Origin: the human T2T-CHM13v2.0 reference genome, Homo sapiens
Reading direction: 5' to 3' (one strand)
Length of the DNA: 64,000 nt
NCBI RefSeq assembly: GCF_009914755.1
Contig: NC_060939.1
Positions 1-28,611 of this stretch are shown one piece after another. Every line of letters starts with the position of its first letter. Positions within the stretch are counted from its first letter, which is position 1. The translations under genes were made by a program, and so were the position numbers. The notes under the pieces were generated by a model. The model was not told the DNA's origin. It worked only from the letters and a program-made list of their open reading frames with translations, and ran no database searches.

Positions 1-4597
<4,597 letters not shown>

Positions 4598-4659
4598 AAA
4601 AAAATAGGTTTTATTACATAGCTCATAAATGACCATTCAAAAGTGCTTTGAACAATGGC

Positions 4660-4671
4660 AATGACGTCATT
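4660..4671. promoter_or_regulatory. Full palindromic CRE in MYO1E intron 1
   Basis: AATGACGTCATT with the CpG intact, and a GGGCGG box at ~4692. Confidence 0.45.
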
Positions 4672-5855
4672 CTCATGGTGGTAACTCAGAAGGGCGGGCC
4701 AACTTCATTCACATGTACAGTTTGAGTTCTATGGGTTGTCAAAGTTCATGTCACTATGTTAGGGCTGGCTTTTACAGTTGTACTTCTCTTAAGTGTGGCT
4801 GTCCCAAAGATATATGAAAAAAATACTTTGCTAGGATGCCCCAAAACCTTTTGTCTCTGCCAACATAAATTCTGAAACTGAAATTCAAAACACAATTTGT
4901 TTACCACTATTACAGAATGTGCTTATAAGGCTGAGATGTTTATTTTAATACCTTTGGCATTTAACCTTTAACCTCTTATTTACTTTGTAAATATTTCAGC
5001 ATGGTGAGAAAAAGAAAAAAAAAGTTTTTAAAAACTCACCATTAAGAAACATTTTAATCACAGATTGGTAAAAACACAAGTTGCTGCATTTTCACAAAAA
5101 AAAAAAAAAAAAAAAGAGATGACTCAAACTTGGAAAACCATGACTGTACATAATTCCTATATATCCTACCATGAAGCTTATAATACCTTGCACTTACACA
5201 GAAGATTTAAAATATTTCTGCTTGTTGAAGCAGATAAAAAGAGATTTCTCAAATTCCTAATGAATAATAAGGCCCCACACTTGGCTCATGAGGAAACGCA
5301 AGGTACTATATGTTCTTTCACTGAGTCTCACAGGGGCTCATCACATGCCCACACTAGGCACAGAGGCAAAATGTTGTATTCTAAGTTATCAGAATGCACG
5401 CCGCTGCTCATTATCTAACCCTCAGGAAAACGCCTGAGACAGACCGCCAATTCATGAGATTCAACTGAAAAAGGAGTGAAAAACAAGAAGTCCATCATGT
5501 GACATTGGAGGCCATGGCATTTTCAGTGGAGGAAGGAGTTGAAGGGTTGAAGAGAAAAGCTCAATTTGCAGCCTCACCACTCGTGGAACCATCCTACACA
5601 GGTGTTGAGATAGCGCCAAACAGTAGCAGCTGGATGCAGATTTTCCCTGTTATAATAGCTTAGAGAATGCATAGGCTGAAAATACCAGGCTATTCCCTCT
5701 CTTTAGGGAGACCCAGTAGGAAGGTGTGGATGTATGGATAAATACTGAATGCCACTACTGGGTATGTAGTGAACGTTTAGACATTCTTCCTGGTGAGTGA
5801 ATGAGAAGAATCACTGTGGTTCACAGAAGGACACCATGTTAAGACTTACAATAAA

Positions 5856-8216
<2,361 letters not shown>

Positions 8217-10592
8217 TGATGAATTTTAGCCTCCATGCTAATCTTCAGCCACACCCAAAGAAGGTAATGTCCTTTCCCTTCCTGTTCTAAGCAGCTGAAG
8301 GGATACAACTTGGGCAGGCCTGGGCAGATGTGGAACACAAAATGAAGTATCATTTGGCTTGACAGAGTCTGACATAAACATTAAATATTGTAACTTGGGT
8401 TTCTGATTATTTAAGATGATGCTCTATTCTAAGGCAACTTCACATACATAATGAACAATTTTTCAAGTCAGGAAAGAAATGATTAACTTTGGCCAAATCA
8501 CTCTGGATCCAGTAGATCTATCAATGGCACATCTCCTGTTTCAGGACAGCCAGCTGTTTCAACTTTTCCATCAGTGAATTGTGACTTCAGCAACCATATC
8601 TGATGCACAGATAGTCGCCTGGGGGCACACAACATGCCCATCTGTGCTGATGGCAGGGAGCCCATCAATAGGGAAGTCACACACTGTCCTCAGATAGAAC
8701 CACCTCTTCCCTACAGCATGCCTTCTTCGCATGCATTTGACCAACCCTCTACTTCATCTGCAATGGGGCTGAATTAAGCATGGTATCACAGGTTTCGGAA
8801 AAGGCAACCTAGAGTATATTTCAGTCCATTCAGCATGAAAAATGAGTTTAACTGAGGGGAAGTTAATTTCCTCAAGGTACCACTCAAGTACTTAAATTCA
8901 GTAAGATTCTTTAAGTTCTTGACATAAACACATTGATTTTTTTAAGAAATATTGACCCACGGAAAATGATTACAGCAATTCTCAAGTACCAGGACTATCA
9001 CACTGCTTCAAGGGACCAGGTGCCCAGTGAGGTAGCTTCACCCAAACACATGCCCAATGGGAATGGTTCTCTGCTGGGGTGAGGGAAGGGGTCCAAAAGT
9101 AACGTAGAGTAGACTGACTTCTTAAACCTTAAAACTAGAAGAGGAAATGTATAGACAAAGTGTTCTCTTAGATGGGGCAAAAGTGACTTAATTTTGGACT
9201 ATGTAAAAAGAAAAGGCTTTGGCCGAGGATGCCTTGAAAGGTTTCTCGTTGATGTTTGTTTGTAATCATTCTTTGGAATAAACAGCACGGGGCAAGGGGG
9301 CTTCTGAGCTTTGTGTGCAGGTTTCGATGGGCCTCTACTGCACTTCCCTCAGGCTGCTCACCGGGATATCGATTTTTTAATTAGTGTTGTGCTGGTTATC
9401 ATTTTGACTTGGCTTCTCTTCCACAGCCATTAGAAAACAACAGCAAACCAGAAGAGGACGAGATAATCCACCTAAGCAGGACTACTTGAAAAGAAGCAAG
9501 TGTGGAAACTATGAAGCCTTGTAATAGATTTTTTTTTTTTTTTGATGAACTGCCGATCTCTTCAAAATAGAGTCCTTGCTTTCGTGCCCCGCAAAGAAAA
9601 GTACACCACGCCAAAGCCCAAGGGAGGTGGCTAAGGTTATACAGGGAGGGAGGGGAGTGTAGCTGGACTGGGGAGTTGGAATAGCAGAAAAGTCACAAGT
9701 CAAAGAGGCGGCCCCTTCCACACATTCCCAAAGTGCCAAAGGGAAAACAGCAACAAACTCGAAACTCGCGAGGGCGTCTTCCCGTGCGAAGCGTCCCCTG
9801 GATCCCCGAAAAGCCCCGATCCCCTCGCGCTTGGGAAGGGGTGGGGTCCTCTTCAGGAGGTGTTTACTTGGCGTCCGGGGCGCGGAGACCCTCGGGGCCG
9901 GCGCCCGGCACAGGTCCGGGGCGGCGTGGTTGCCGCCCGCGCCCGAGTCTCCCTGGCTCTTGACAGCCCGCCGGCCGCCAGGTGCTCGCCCTACCTGGCG
10001 CCCCCGCCTGCCTTTGTGCGGCCCGCGCCGCCCCTCGCCAAGGCGGGCCAGGGACCGCCCCCGCCCGCGTGCCGCTGCCAGGCGGGACAGCTGCGGGCGC
10101 TGCCGGGCAGCGGAGCGGCGGCGGGGAGGAGAGGGAGTCGGCGCGAGGGTGCCCGGGGCGGGGCGGGCACGGCCGCGGGGAGGGCAGGGGACGCCGCCAG
10201 CGGCTGCGGCGCGAGTCTCCGAGCACCTCCCCTGCCGGCTGCGCCCCCCACGTCCCAGCAGGAGGAGGGGACCCCCTCCCGCGCCGTGCCCCTCGCAGCC
10301 GATGCGCCCACACCCTGGCTTCCGACAGCTGGCAGCCATAGCAACCCGGCCACAGAAAGTTTCGCGACGCAGAAGCCGACTTGGAATAAAGTTTTCCTTG
10401 GCCCCTCGCTCGCTCTCCCCCGGCCCGGGTTTACGGAAAGCGGCAGGAAATCAGAGCTCGCGACGTGCCGGCTCCCGCGTCCACCTTCTCCACCCCTGGC
10501 CCAGGCAGCGCGCCCAAGGTGGGTGCACCACGCCGGGGTTTCCTGCCCCGTCCCCGGGTCCGGCGTCCTAGGACGCGGCGCGGCCAACTCAC

Positions 10593-10595
10593 CAT
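10593..10595 (-). CDS. MYO1E: MYO1E start codon; exon 1 encodes only Met1, the rest of the CDS is outside the window
   Basis: Minus strand reads GCGAGTCACC ATG|GTGAGT, a Kozak ATG followed at once by a consensus 5' splice site inside a CpG island. The upstream UTR matches my recollection of MYO1E mRNA. Confidence 0.85.
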
Positions 10596-10779
10596 GGTGA
10601 CTCGCGCCGCGGTCGCGTCTTCGCCGGGTCCCGCTGCCGGGGAACTGGGGCTGGAACGCAGTCTTCTGGGCGAACTTCAAAAGTTGGTTCCCCTCGCCAA
10701 AAACAGGCTCCCGACACCCAAGCACTCACAGGAGCCAATGGGAACCCAGAGGGGACTCCATCCAGGCGGGATTGGCGGT

Positions 10780-10874
10780 GCTAGGTGAGGGCGAGACGGC
10801 GGCGACTTAGCAGGCGGGGCGCATGCTGCGGAGGGCAAGAGTCCACTCGTACTCGCCGCTCGCCGCCGGCCCAG
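10780..10874 (+). other. Candidate antisense non-coding first exon (probably a distal FAM81A 5' exon); start approximate
   Basis: Perfect CAG|GTGAGT donor at 10872-10880 on the plus strand inside the CpG island. The FAM81A assignment comes from recalled gene order. Confidence 0.5.
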
Positions 10875-10987
10875 GTGAGTCCGATGCGCTCGGAGCGTCC
10901 GCCTCGCTCCCCTGCCTCACTCCTCTTTCTTCGGCCACTTAATCCGTACTCCTCTGGCTGAGTCTCGGCTCGGGCCGGGCAATCTGT

Positions 10988-10997
10988 CCATAAATGG
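10988..10997. promoter_or_regulatory. CArG box (SRF/MRTF site)
   Basis: CCATAAATGG is an exact CC(A/T)6GG, just upstream of the inferred MYO1E TSS. Confidence 0.8.
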
Positions 10998-11015
10998 AGA
11001 ACTCAGCTCAGGCCT

Positions 11016-11025
11016 GACCAATCAG
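11016..11025 (+). promoter_or_regulatory. CCAAT box (NF-Y), with a half-CRE CGTCA at 11041-11045
   Basis: GACCAATCAG matches the NF-Y consensus and lies ~20 bp from the CArG box. Confidence 0.75.
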
Positions 11026-11855
11026 GGTTTGTTTTCGTAGCGTCACTCCTCAGGGAAACCGTAGTAGCCAACAAGCTTGGAGCTGCTGGAGTTTCCAAAG
11101 ATCTCTGGATCCTGTAGTCCTCCTCCCGCGCCAGCCACCGAAGAACGCTGCGGACCCAGCTCGCTCCTGGTAGCAAGACCCGAACTGTAAGGAACAAAAC
11201 CCTCGTGAAAGAGGAGCAAACCTTTCACTTCGCTGCGTTTTAAGACGAAAGTTAGGGTGGGTTTCGCTTCCAAGTTGAAGGGGCATGATTTTCCCAGAAC
11301 TTTTTTTTAAGAAGGAAATATTTTATCAGCATAAAACATCAGAGTCGTGGCAGCAGCCCAAAGGAAATCCTTTTTCTTTCCTACGTCTGGATTGTGAGCA
11401 AAGTCAAAAATATCATTTCCCCACCCCTCCTTTTACCTGAATTTCCTTGGAAAACAAAGGAAGACTTCCGGCTGCTTTTTCTTTTCTTTTTTCTGTTTTT
11501 CTTTTCTTTCTCTTTCCTTTCTTTCTTGTTTCTTTTTTGCACGTTTTGATGGCAGAAAAGTTGTTGCACGTGCAGTGGGCAGAGGGAAGGAGAGAGGAGA
11601 GATAGGTGGGAAGAAACCCCATCCAACCTCAGCCAACACATCTGCTGAAAACAATCAGAACTGTAAAAATGCATTATTCCAGACTGTCGAATATCCAAGG
11701 AGAAGATTGGGGTGGGGCGGGGTGGGGGGAAGCAGAATCTTAAAATCAAGGTAGGGAGTTTGATTTTATTGTTCTGGAGGCTGAGGAAGTAAATTTGGTG
11801 AGTCTTAACAGGCTGCCTTCCTGGGATCTGTAGAAGATAAAATTGGTAAACTTCA

Positions 11856-20010
<8,155 letters not shown>

Positions 20011-21480
20011 TAGAGTGTTTCTTGGTGTTCAGCATGATGGCAGCATGGTTTCCAACTGACTACTGTTATCACTCACCACCACAACCAACCTTTACTGAGC
20101 ACTGTTGTAGGTGCTGGAGAAGTAGAAGACAAGTTCCCAGTCCTCATAGGATTCACATGTTTACATGTACATCCAAAACATACAACAATGCAAGAGAGTT
20201 CTACCTTCATATAGAACACGTTCCCAAAACACACACCAATGTCAGATATATAAAGTTCAAAGACAAATCCGTGTGCTTTAAGCACAGGTTTCTATTTTCA
20301 GAGATCTAAAATGTAGCATAAAATCCCTGATTGTGTGCTGTCCCCTAGACATAGTCTTAAGCTATAATTCCAGCATGCATAGATGTTTTTAAAATCTGAG
20401 CATCTCCATCCTAGCTGAGCAAAGTTGACCACCTGAAGTCCAATAGGCAGCTTTAAGATTTGGGTCAGGCTATTTACCTTTATAAATCATGATTTTTTTT
20501 TTATCTGTAAAGACAGAGATAATAATAGTACCTTCATCATTTATTTCTCACATAGTGTTGTAAGAATATGAATTAAATCATATAAAGTAATAGCAATGAT
20601 GAGTGATGCGTAGCAACGTCTCGGTATGAGTTGTCATTATTGAGGCTAAATATTCACTACCTTCTCCACACCTAATGATTCCCTTCTTTGTCTCAATTGT
20701 TTTATGTTTATGAGAACAACACTCCCTTTTACTAGTGTTTGCACTTATATTTTCTCCATATTTCACTAATTTTGAAAAAGCGACAAGGCTAAATGGAACC
20801 CAGTATGAATGTAATTGAGTAAATACTGTAGTTTGACAATGCTGGTAGCACAGGTGGACCTGAGCTATGGACTGGCAGGCAGCACCGCCAAGAGATAGCT
20901 CAAAAGGTTCCTTTGTTGCCTGGCCCATTGTCCTGATGCCATGTAGGAAACATGGCTCAGGTGCATTTCTATACAATGTCTGTATCTGTGGAAAGGTGAA
21001 TGTACAAAGGTCAACGGCACAAGGAGATGGCCCCTCTCTTTTATTATATTGAATTCCTGGAAATCCCGAAATAGAGCCAAACATGATAAAGTTGATGACA
21101 GTTTCCCATAGGAGGAATGCTTCAATAAGGACTTGATAACAAATGGATTATAAGTTGGACCAAGAATGTGATTCTAAAAACATCTATGACAATTATAAGC
21201 TTCCATAATTTAAAGTAGTACAGTTTTGCTCCAAATTTTATAAAGTAAATATAAATATGCATTTTTATTATAAAAGAGACCTCAGTGAATTGAAAAGTGC
21301 ATGACACCACATAACCACATAAAAAAATCACACAACTGTCACAAATCCTAGCTATATAAATTCCCTTTAAAAAGTGTCCCAGCTCCGGCCGGGCACGATG
21401 GCTCACACCTGTAATCCCAGCACTTTGGGAGGCCGAGGCGGGCGATCACAAGGTCAGGAGATCGAGACCATCCTGGTCTA

Positions 21481-21790
<310 letters not shown>

Positions 21791-23307
21791 TTATAAAGTA
21801 GCGAAATTAGCCTGTAATCTCAGCATTTTGGGAGGCAGAGGTGGGAAAATTTCTTGAAGCAAGGAGTTCAAGACCAGCCTGGAAAGGCCGGGCGCGGTGG
21901 CTCACGCCTGTAATCCCAGCACTTTGGGAGGCTGAGGAGGGCAGGTCACGAGATCAGGAGATCGAGACCATCCTGGCTAACACGGTGAAACCCCGTCTCT
22001 ACTAAAAATAGAAAAAAATTAGCCGGGCGTGGTGGCGGGTGCCTGTAGTCCCAGTTACTTAGGAGGCTGAGGCAGGAGAATGGCATGAACCCGGGGGGCA
22101 GAGCTTGCAGCGAGCCGAGATTGCGCCACTGCACTCCAGCCTGGGAGACAGAGTGAGACTCTGTATCCAAAAAAAAAAAAAAAGACCAGTCTGGAGTTCA
22201 AGACCAGCCTGGGCAACATAGTGAGACAGACCCTTGTTTCTACAAAAAAAAATTTTTAATTAGCTGGTTGTGGTGGTGTGCATCTTTAGTCCCAGCCACT
22301 CAGGAGGCTGAGGCAGGAGGATCACATGAGCCTAGGAGTTGGAGGCTGCAGTGAGCTATGATCTTACCACTGCACTCCAGCTTGGGTGACTGAGTGAGAA
22401 CCTATCTCTCTCAAAAAAAAAAAAAAAAGTGAAATTAATGTTTTTTAAAATAATTTCCCTATAAAGCTACATTATTTAGAAACTATTCTCCTAGGCACCT
22501 GTCAGAAAAAAAAAAAAAACAGAAATGAAAACAAATAGCTCACACAATAGAAAATGTTTGAATGGATAAATAAAAACTAAAAGAAAAATGACTAGACTTT
22601 CAAGTTTTTGCAGTATAGTCTTATGGGTTTTCAATTCTAAGAGAAATATATGCTTCCTGTAATAAAATAAAGCATAAATATTTAGAGTTTGTGAAGTAAA
22701 AACTGAAAGTCTACCTGCTCCCACCCTCTTCTACAAGGTTTTAAATGTGAGAAAATGGTGGTTCCATTGGCAGGAAATGAAAAACCAAGACCAGGGTCTG
22801 GTTTCAGCGAGTTCCGTTAGGCCTGTTCAGTTGGTGCTAACAGAGGTTCTAGACATCTCTTGGAGAGACTGGTTGAACCTCAGGGAAGATGTCAGCTCCA
22901 ACACTGTATGTGCTATTTCCAGTCTTCATCTAATTTTCCTCTTTTTCTCTTTTTCTTTTTTTGAGACAGGGTCTCGCTTTGCCACCCAAGCTGGAATGCA
23001 GTGTTTCAAACATGGCTCACTGCAGCCTTGACCTCCTGGGCTCAAGTGATCCTCCCACCTCGGCCTCCTGCATAGCTGGGACTACAGGTGTGTGCCATCG
23101 TGCCCGGCCAATTTTTTTGTATTTTTTTTGTAGAGACGGGGTCTTGCCATGTTGCCCAGGCTGGCCTTGAACTCCTGGGCCCAAGCAGTCCTCCCTCCTC
23201 TGCCTCCCAAAGTGCTGGGATTAAAGGCGTGAGCCACCGCACCCAGCCTCCTTTTGTTTTTGAGGCTGAGCCACCACTTCTTAAATCTTTGCTCTCTCTT
23301 TTCCTCT

Positions 23308-23575
23308 CTTTTGGCAAGGCTGTGGAGAAACAGGTTTCTTGTGTATTTTTGCTGGGAGTATAAACAGCTAGAACTCCTGTGGAAAACACTTTGGTTCCCT
23401 CTATCAACATTACAGAATTATATAGTCTGACCCAGCCCTCCTGCTTTTGGAAATTTATCCAGATATGTACATGCACAATGCAAATTGACATATGACTACA
23501 AGGCATCGTCGATGTAGCAAAAGATTGCAAACAATGCAAACGTCCATCATTAGCAGAACTGGTTAAAAACATTAG
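23308..23575 (+). mobile_element. Old L1M fragment
   Basis: TTGGCAAGGCTGTGGAGAAACAGG...TGCTGGGAGTATAAAC...TGGAAAACA is L1 ORF2 3'-like. Confidence 0.55.
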
Positions 23576-23960
23576 GAGACAATTTGTAATATGATTCTTT
23601 AAGTTTTAAAACGCTTTAGCCAGGCACAGTGGCTCATGCCTGTAATCCCAGCACTTTGGGAGGCCGAGGCATGTGGGTCACTTGAGGTCAGGAGTTGAAG
23701 ACCAGCCTGGCCAACACGGTGAAACTGTCTCTACTAAAAATACAAAAATTAGCCAGTCACAGTGGCATGAGCCTGTAGTCCCAGCTACTTGGGAAGCTGA
23801 GGTGGGAGAATCCCTTGAACCTGGGAGGTGAGGTTGCAGTGAGCCAAGATCATGCCACTGTGCTCCAGCCTGGGCGACGGAGTGAGACTCCATCTCAAAA
23901 AACAAAAACAAGCAAACACAACCCTTTAAAAACAGAATAAGGAATTTGTTTCTAAACCTA

Positions 23961-24344
<384 letters not shown>

Positions 24345-24955
24345 CTACCTTCTGTGTAAGAAAATAGAGATGGTGAAATAATAGATTTGTATTTATGCTT
24401 GCAAGAAGAAACTTTGGAAAAGACACAAGAAACTGACAGCAGTGTTTGTGGCATGTGGGGGCAAGGGTTGGAACAAGACAGTATACTGGAAATGCTTTAT
24501 GTTGCTCAATTTTTGAACCATTGTAAATATCTTGCCTATCATTTAAAACATTGTTATCAAGCAGAACACTTTGCTACACATGGCAGAACAATATGAATGC
24601 TAAATAAAGATCATGCTGGCAAAGATTTTGGAGGGCTTCTTGGAGTGGTGGCCTGTGGTCTGTCTGGCTGTAAAGATCGATTTAGAAAGATGGAGAAGGC
24701 TAGGTGTGTGTCGTGGTGCACACCTATAATCCCAGCGCTTTGGGAGGCCGAAGCAGGCAGATGGCAGAGTGCAGTGGCACGTGCCTGTAGTCCCAGTTAC
24801 TCGGGAGGCTGAGGTGGGAGGATCACTTAAGCCTAGGAGGTCGAGGCTGCAGTAGCCATGATTGTGCCACTGCGCTCAAGCCTGAGTGACAGAGTGACAT
24901 CCTGTCTGCAAAAAATTTAAAAAACCAAAAAAATAGAAAGGTGGAGGGTTAGGAT

Positions 24956-25506
24956 TGCTATAGGAAAGGGGTCCCGATCCAGATGCCAAGAGAGGGTTCT
25001 TGGATCTCGTGCAAGAAAGAATTCAGGGCGAATCCACAGGGCAAGGCAAAAGCAAGTTTATTAAGACAGTAAGTGGTGAAAGAACAGCTACTCCACAGAC
25101 AGAGTAGGGCATTCCTGAAAGTAACAGGAGGAACATGTCCACCCTAGGTACAATACTTGTTTATATACAGGATAAAAAAGATCATGGAGAGATGTGCTCT
25201 GCTACAAGGGTTTGTAATAAAGGATTAATTTTCTTAATTACTATATTTTGTGAGAATCGGTATTATTATCTTTAAAGCAAAATTAGAAATTCTTTTGTTC
25301 TCAAGATACTGGGGTATTAGGACACTCCCAAGTCTGGGTCTGTTTAGTAAACATTTACAACCTGAGCCCTTAACTGTAAACATCTAGAGGCTAGGAATAC
25401 CTAACTTTATGGGAATGCAACCCACTAAGTCCCGGCCTCATTTTCCTAGCCCGTGAGTAAGTAACTCACGATGGAGTTACTTACTCTGGTGCGAATGCCT
25501 CTGGCA
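24956..25506 (-). mobile_element. MER41-family ERV1 solo LTR
   Basis: Minus strand starts TGCCAGAGGCATTCGCACCAGAG and ends ATCCAAGAACCCTCTCTTGG...GGACCCCTTTCCTATAGCA. It is ~550 bp and contains AATAAA. Confidence 0.8.
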
Positions 25507-26254
25507 GGGTGGGACCTTCTAGGTTTTAGGATTCACATAAGCAGTGGCAGGGCGCAATGGCTCATGCGTATAATCCCAGCACTTTGGGAGGCTGAGGCGG
25601 GCGGATCACCTGAGGTCAGGAGTTGGAGACCAGCATGGCCAACATGGCGAAACCCCATCTCTACTAAAAATACAAAAAATTAGCCGGGTGTGGTGGCGCA
25701 TGCCTGTAATCACTTGAGCCTGGGAGGCGGAGGTTGCAGTGAACCGAGATCACACCACTGCACTCCAGCCTGGGTGACAGAACAAAACAAAACAAAGGAT
25801 TAGCATAAGCAAAAGCCCAGGGGTATGAAGGCTTATTATTAAATTGACTGAAATGTTCCTTCCTAGGACAGTTTCTCAAACTCACTAAGAAAAAAAGAGC
25901 TGAGATTTCACTTTTGTCTCTTTGGGACTGTGACAAAATGAGTCTGGTTTCCCAGTCTCTGCTCAATTATAAAAGGTAATTTATGTTGCTCCTTATATAC
26001 TGCTGATATGCCCTCCTCAAATATGGGAGAGCTGTCTCATCTCTGATTTACCTTTGAGAAAAATCCCCAAGTAAATGCAAAGTTACTTATACCACAAAAA
26101 TCAAGTCCTAATATAGTTTAGAACAGGATTTACCAGAAGATTCAAATGATTCAACTTGATTTTTTTTTAATTAGAGACTGAGTCTTGCTATGTTTCCTAG
26201 GCTGGCCTTGAACCCTGGGCTCAGGTGATCCTCCCACCTCAGCCTCTTGAGTAG

Positions 26255-26678
<424 letters not shown>

Positions 26679-27013
26679 TAAAAGACTCAGGTGTAAAAAT
26701 CTGTTTAAGTCTTCAAGTCAATAGCAAGTGCCTTAGTTATATTCCTTACTTTTACATCTCTGATTTGAATCTTGCTATCCTTCTTGCTGAGCATGGACCA
26801 TGAGAAAAGCAGCTGGATATTAGAGTAGGTAATTCCTAATGACAAAATGAAGGAAAGTCAACCTTGTTTTTACCAAATCTCATGAAGTTGCTCAATAATT
26901 CTAAGATGACTCATCTTAGTACTTTAAGATCACATTAACGCTGCTGCCTTGAAAACAGTGCTTAAAGGAAGAGGATCCAATTATGTTAAAATATCTATCT
27001 TTTACTCTCCCTG

Positions 27014-27059
27014 ACACACACACACACACACGCATGCACACGCACACACACACACACAC
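27014..27059. repeat. (CA)n microsatellite (others at ~7976, ~30815, ~51513)
   Basis: Read directly from the sequence. Confidence 0.9.
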
Positions 27060-27319
27060 CCTATCTATGTAGAGAGGAAGATAAGCCTTGAGGGAAATAT
27101 GACGGATGTTTACTTGGTTATACTGGATGGTAACACTATAGAGATTTTTATTTTTGCTTTTAACTTTTTCTACATTTCTCATTTTTAAAAAAATAATGAG
27201 CCTGGGCACGTTGGCTCGCCTATGTAATCCCAGCACTTGGAAGGCCAAGACGAGCAGGTCACCTGAGGTCAGGAGTTCGAGACCAGCCTGGCCAACATGG
27301 TGAAAGCTCATCTCTACTA

Positions 27320-27604
<285 letters not shown>

Positions 27605-28286
27605 TTACAGGCATAAGCCACCTTGCCTGGCCTACTTCAAATTTTGTTGAGTAAACACAAACTCCTTTTTTTGTAAAAACAGAGAACAAAAACAACCAAA
27701 GCAGATATCTAAAAACAGGCTTTCGTAGAGCAAGGCCAGGCATGCAGCTCACCTGTCTCTTAGTTCATCTTCCAGGAAGGCCTGAATGAGCCTGCTGCTG
27801 CTGCTGCTGTCCCTGTTTCATTTTCAGATGCTTGGGCATCTACTTTGAAGCCTTTACACGGTCAGCTCTGGAGAAAGAGAAATGGGTGCCCAACATTCCA
27901 TTTAATTAGTTAGCCTGAATGCACGTGGGCCCTTCTGCAGCTCCTGTTGTTACCCGAAGATCAGCTTTGGGCCAGACTAGGCACTTGCTTCCATCCCCTG
28001 GTCACCCTCTTCCAGAACAAATGAACAAATCCAACTCTATCAGCCATCTTGAGTAAGGTAGCATTTACTGATTTTCTTTGGGAAAGTGAGGCAAGCTCCT
28101 CATAACATATGGTAAAATTTCCCTGAGGATACCTGCAAACACTTCTGTTCATCCCTCCAAGTCCCTCTCAGCAGCTGCTGCCTGCCCTTCTTCTTCCCCA
28201 AACTGCCTTAAGTGGCCCCTTGAGCCTGACATTGCTCCCTTCTTCCCTTCACTGGCACGTGCCCCTCCTTAAAAAGAGAGTCAGTG

Positions 28287-28611
<325 letters not shown>

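Larger units (their letters stand above)
10593..10965 (-). other. MYO1E: MYO1E exon 1 (5'UTR + ATG); TSS approximate
   Basis: GC-rich leader between the CArG/CCAAT promoter elements and the donor at 10592. It contains two short uORFs. Confidence 0.75.
9740..11280. promoter_or_regulatory. CpG island / probable bidirectional promoter
   Basis: Very high GC with abundant CpG and multiple GGGCGG boxes, in contrast to CpG-depleted flanks. Confidence 0.95.

Noticed and set aside
9509-10788. Overlapping 240-280 aa ORFs on both strands
   Set aside because: CpG-island artefact: stop codons are rare in GC-rich DNA, and the products are low-complexity R/G/P/A with no domain.
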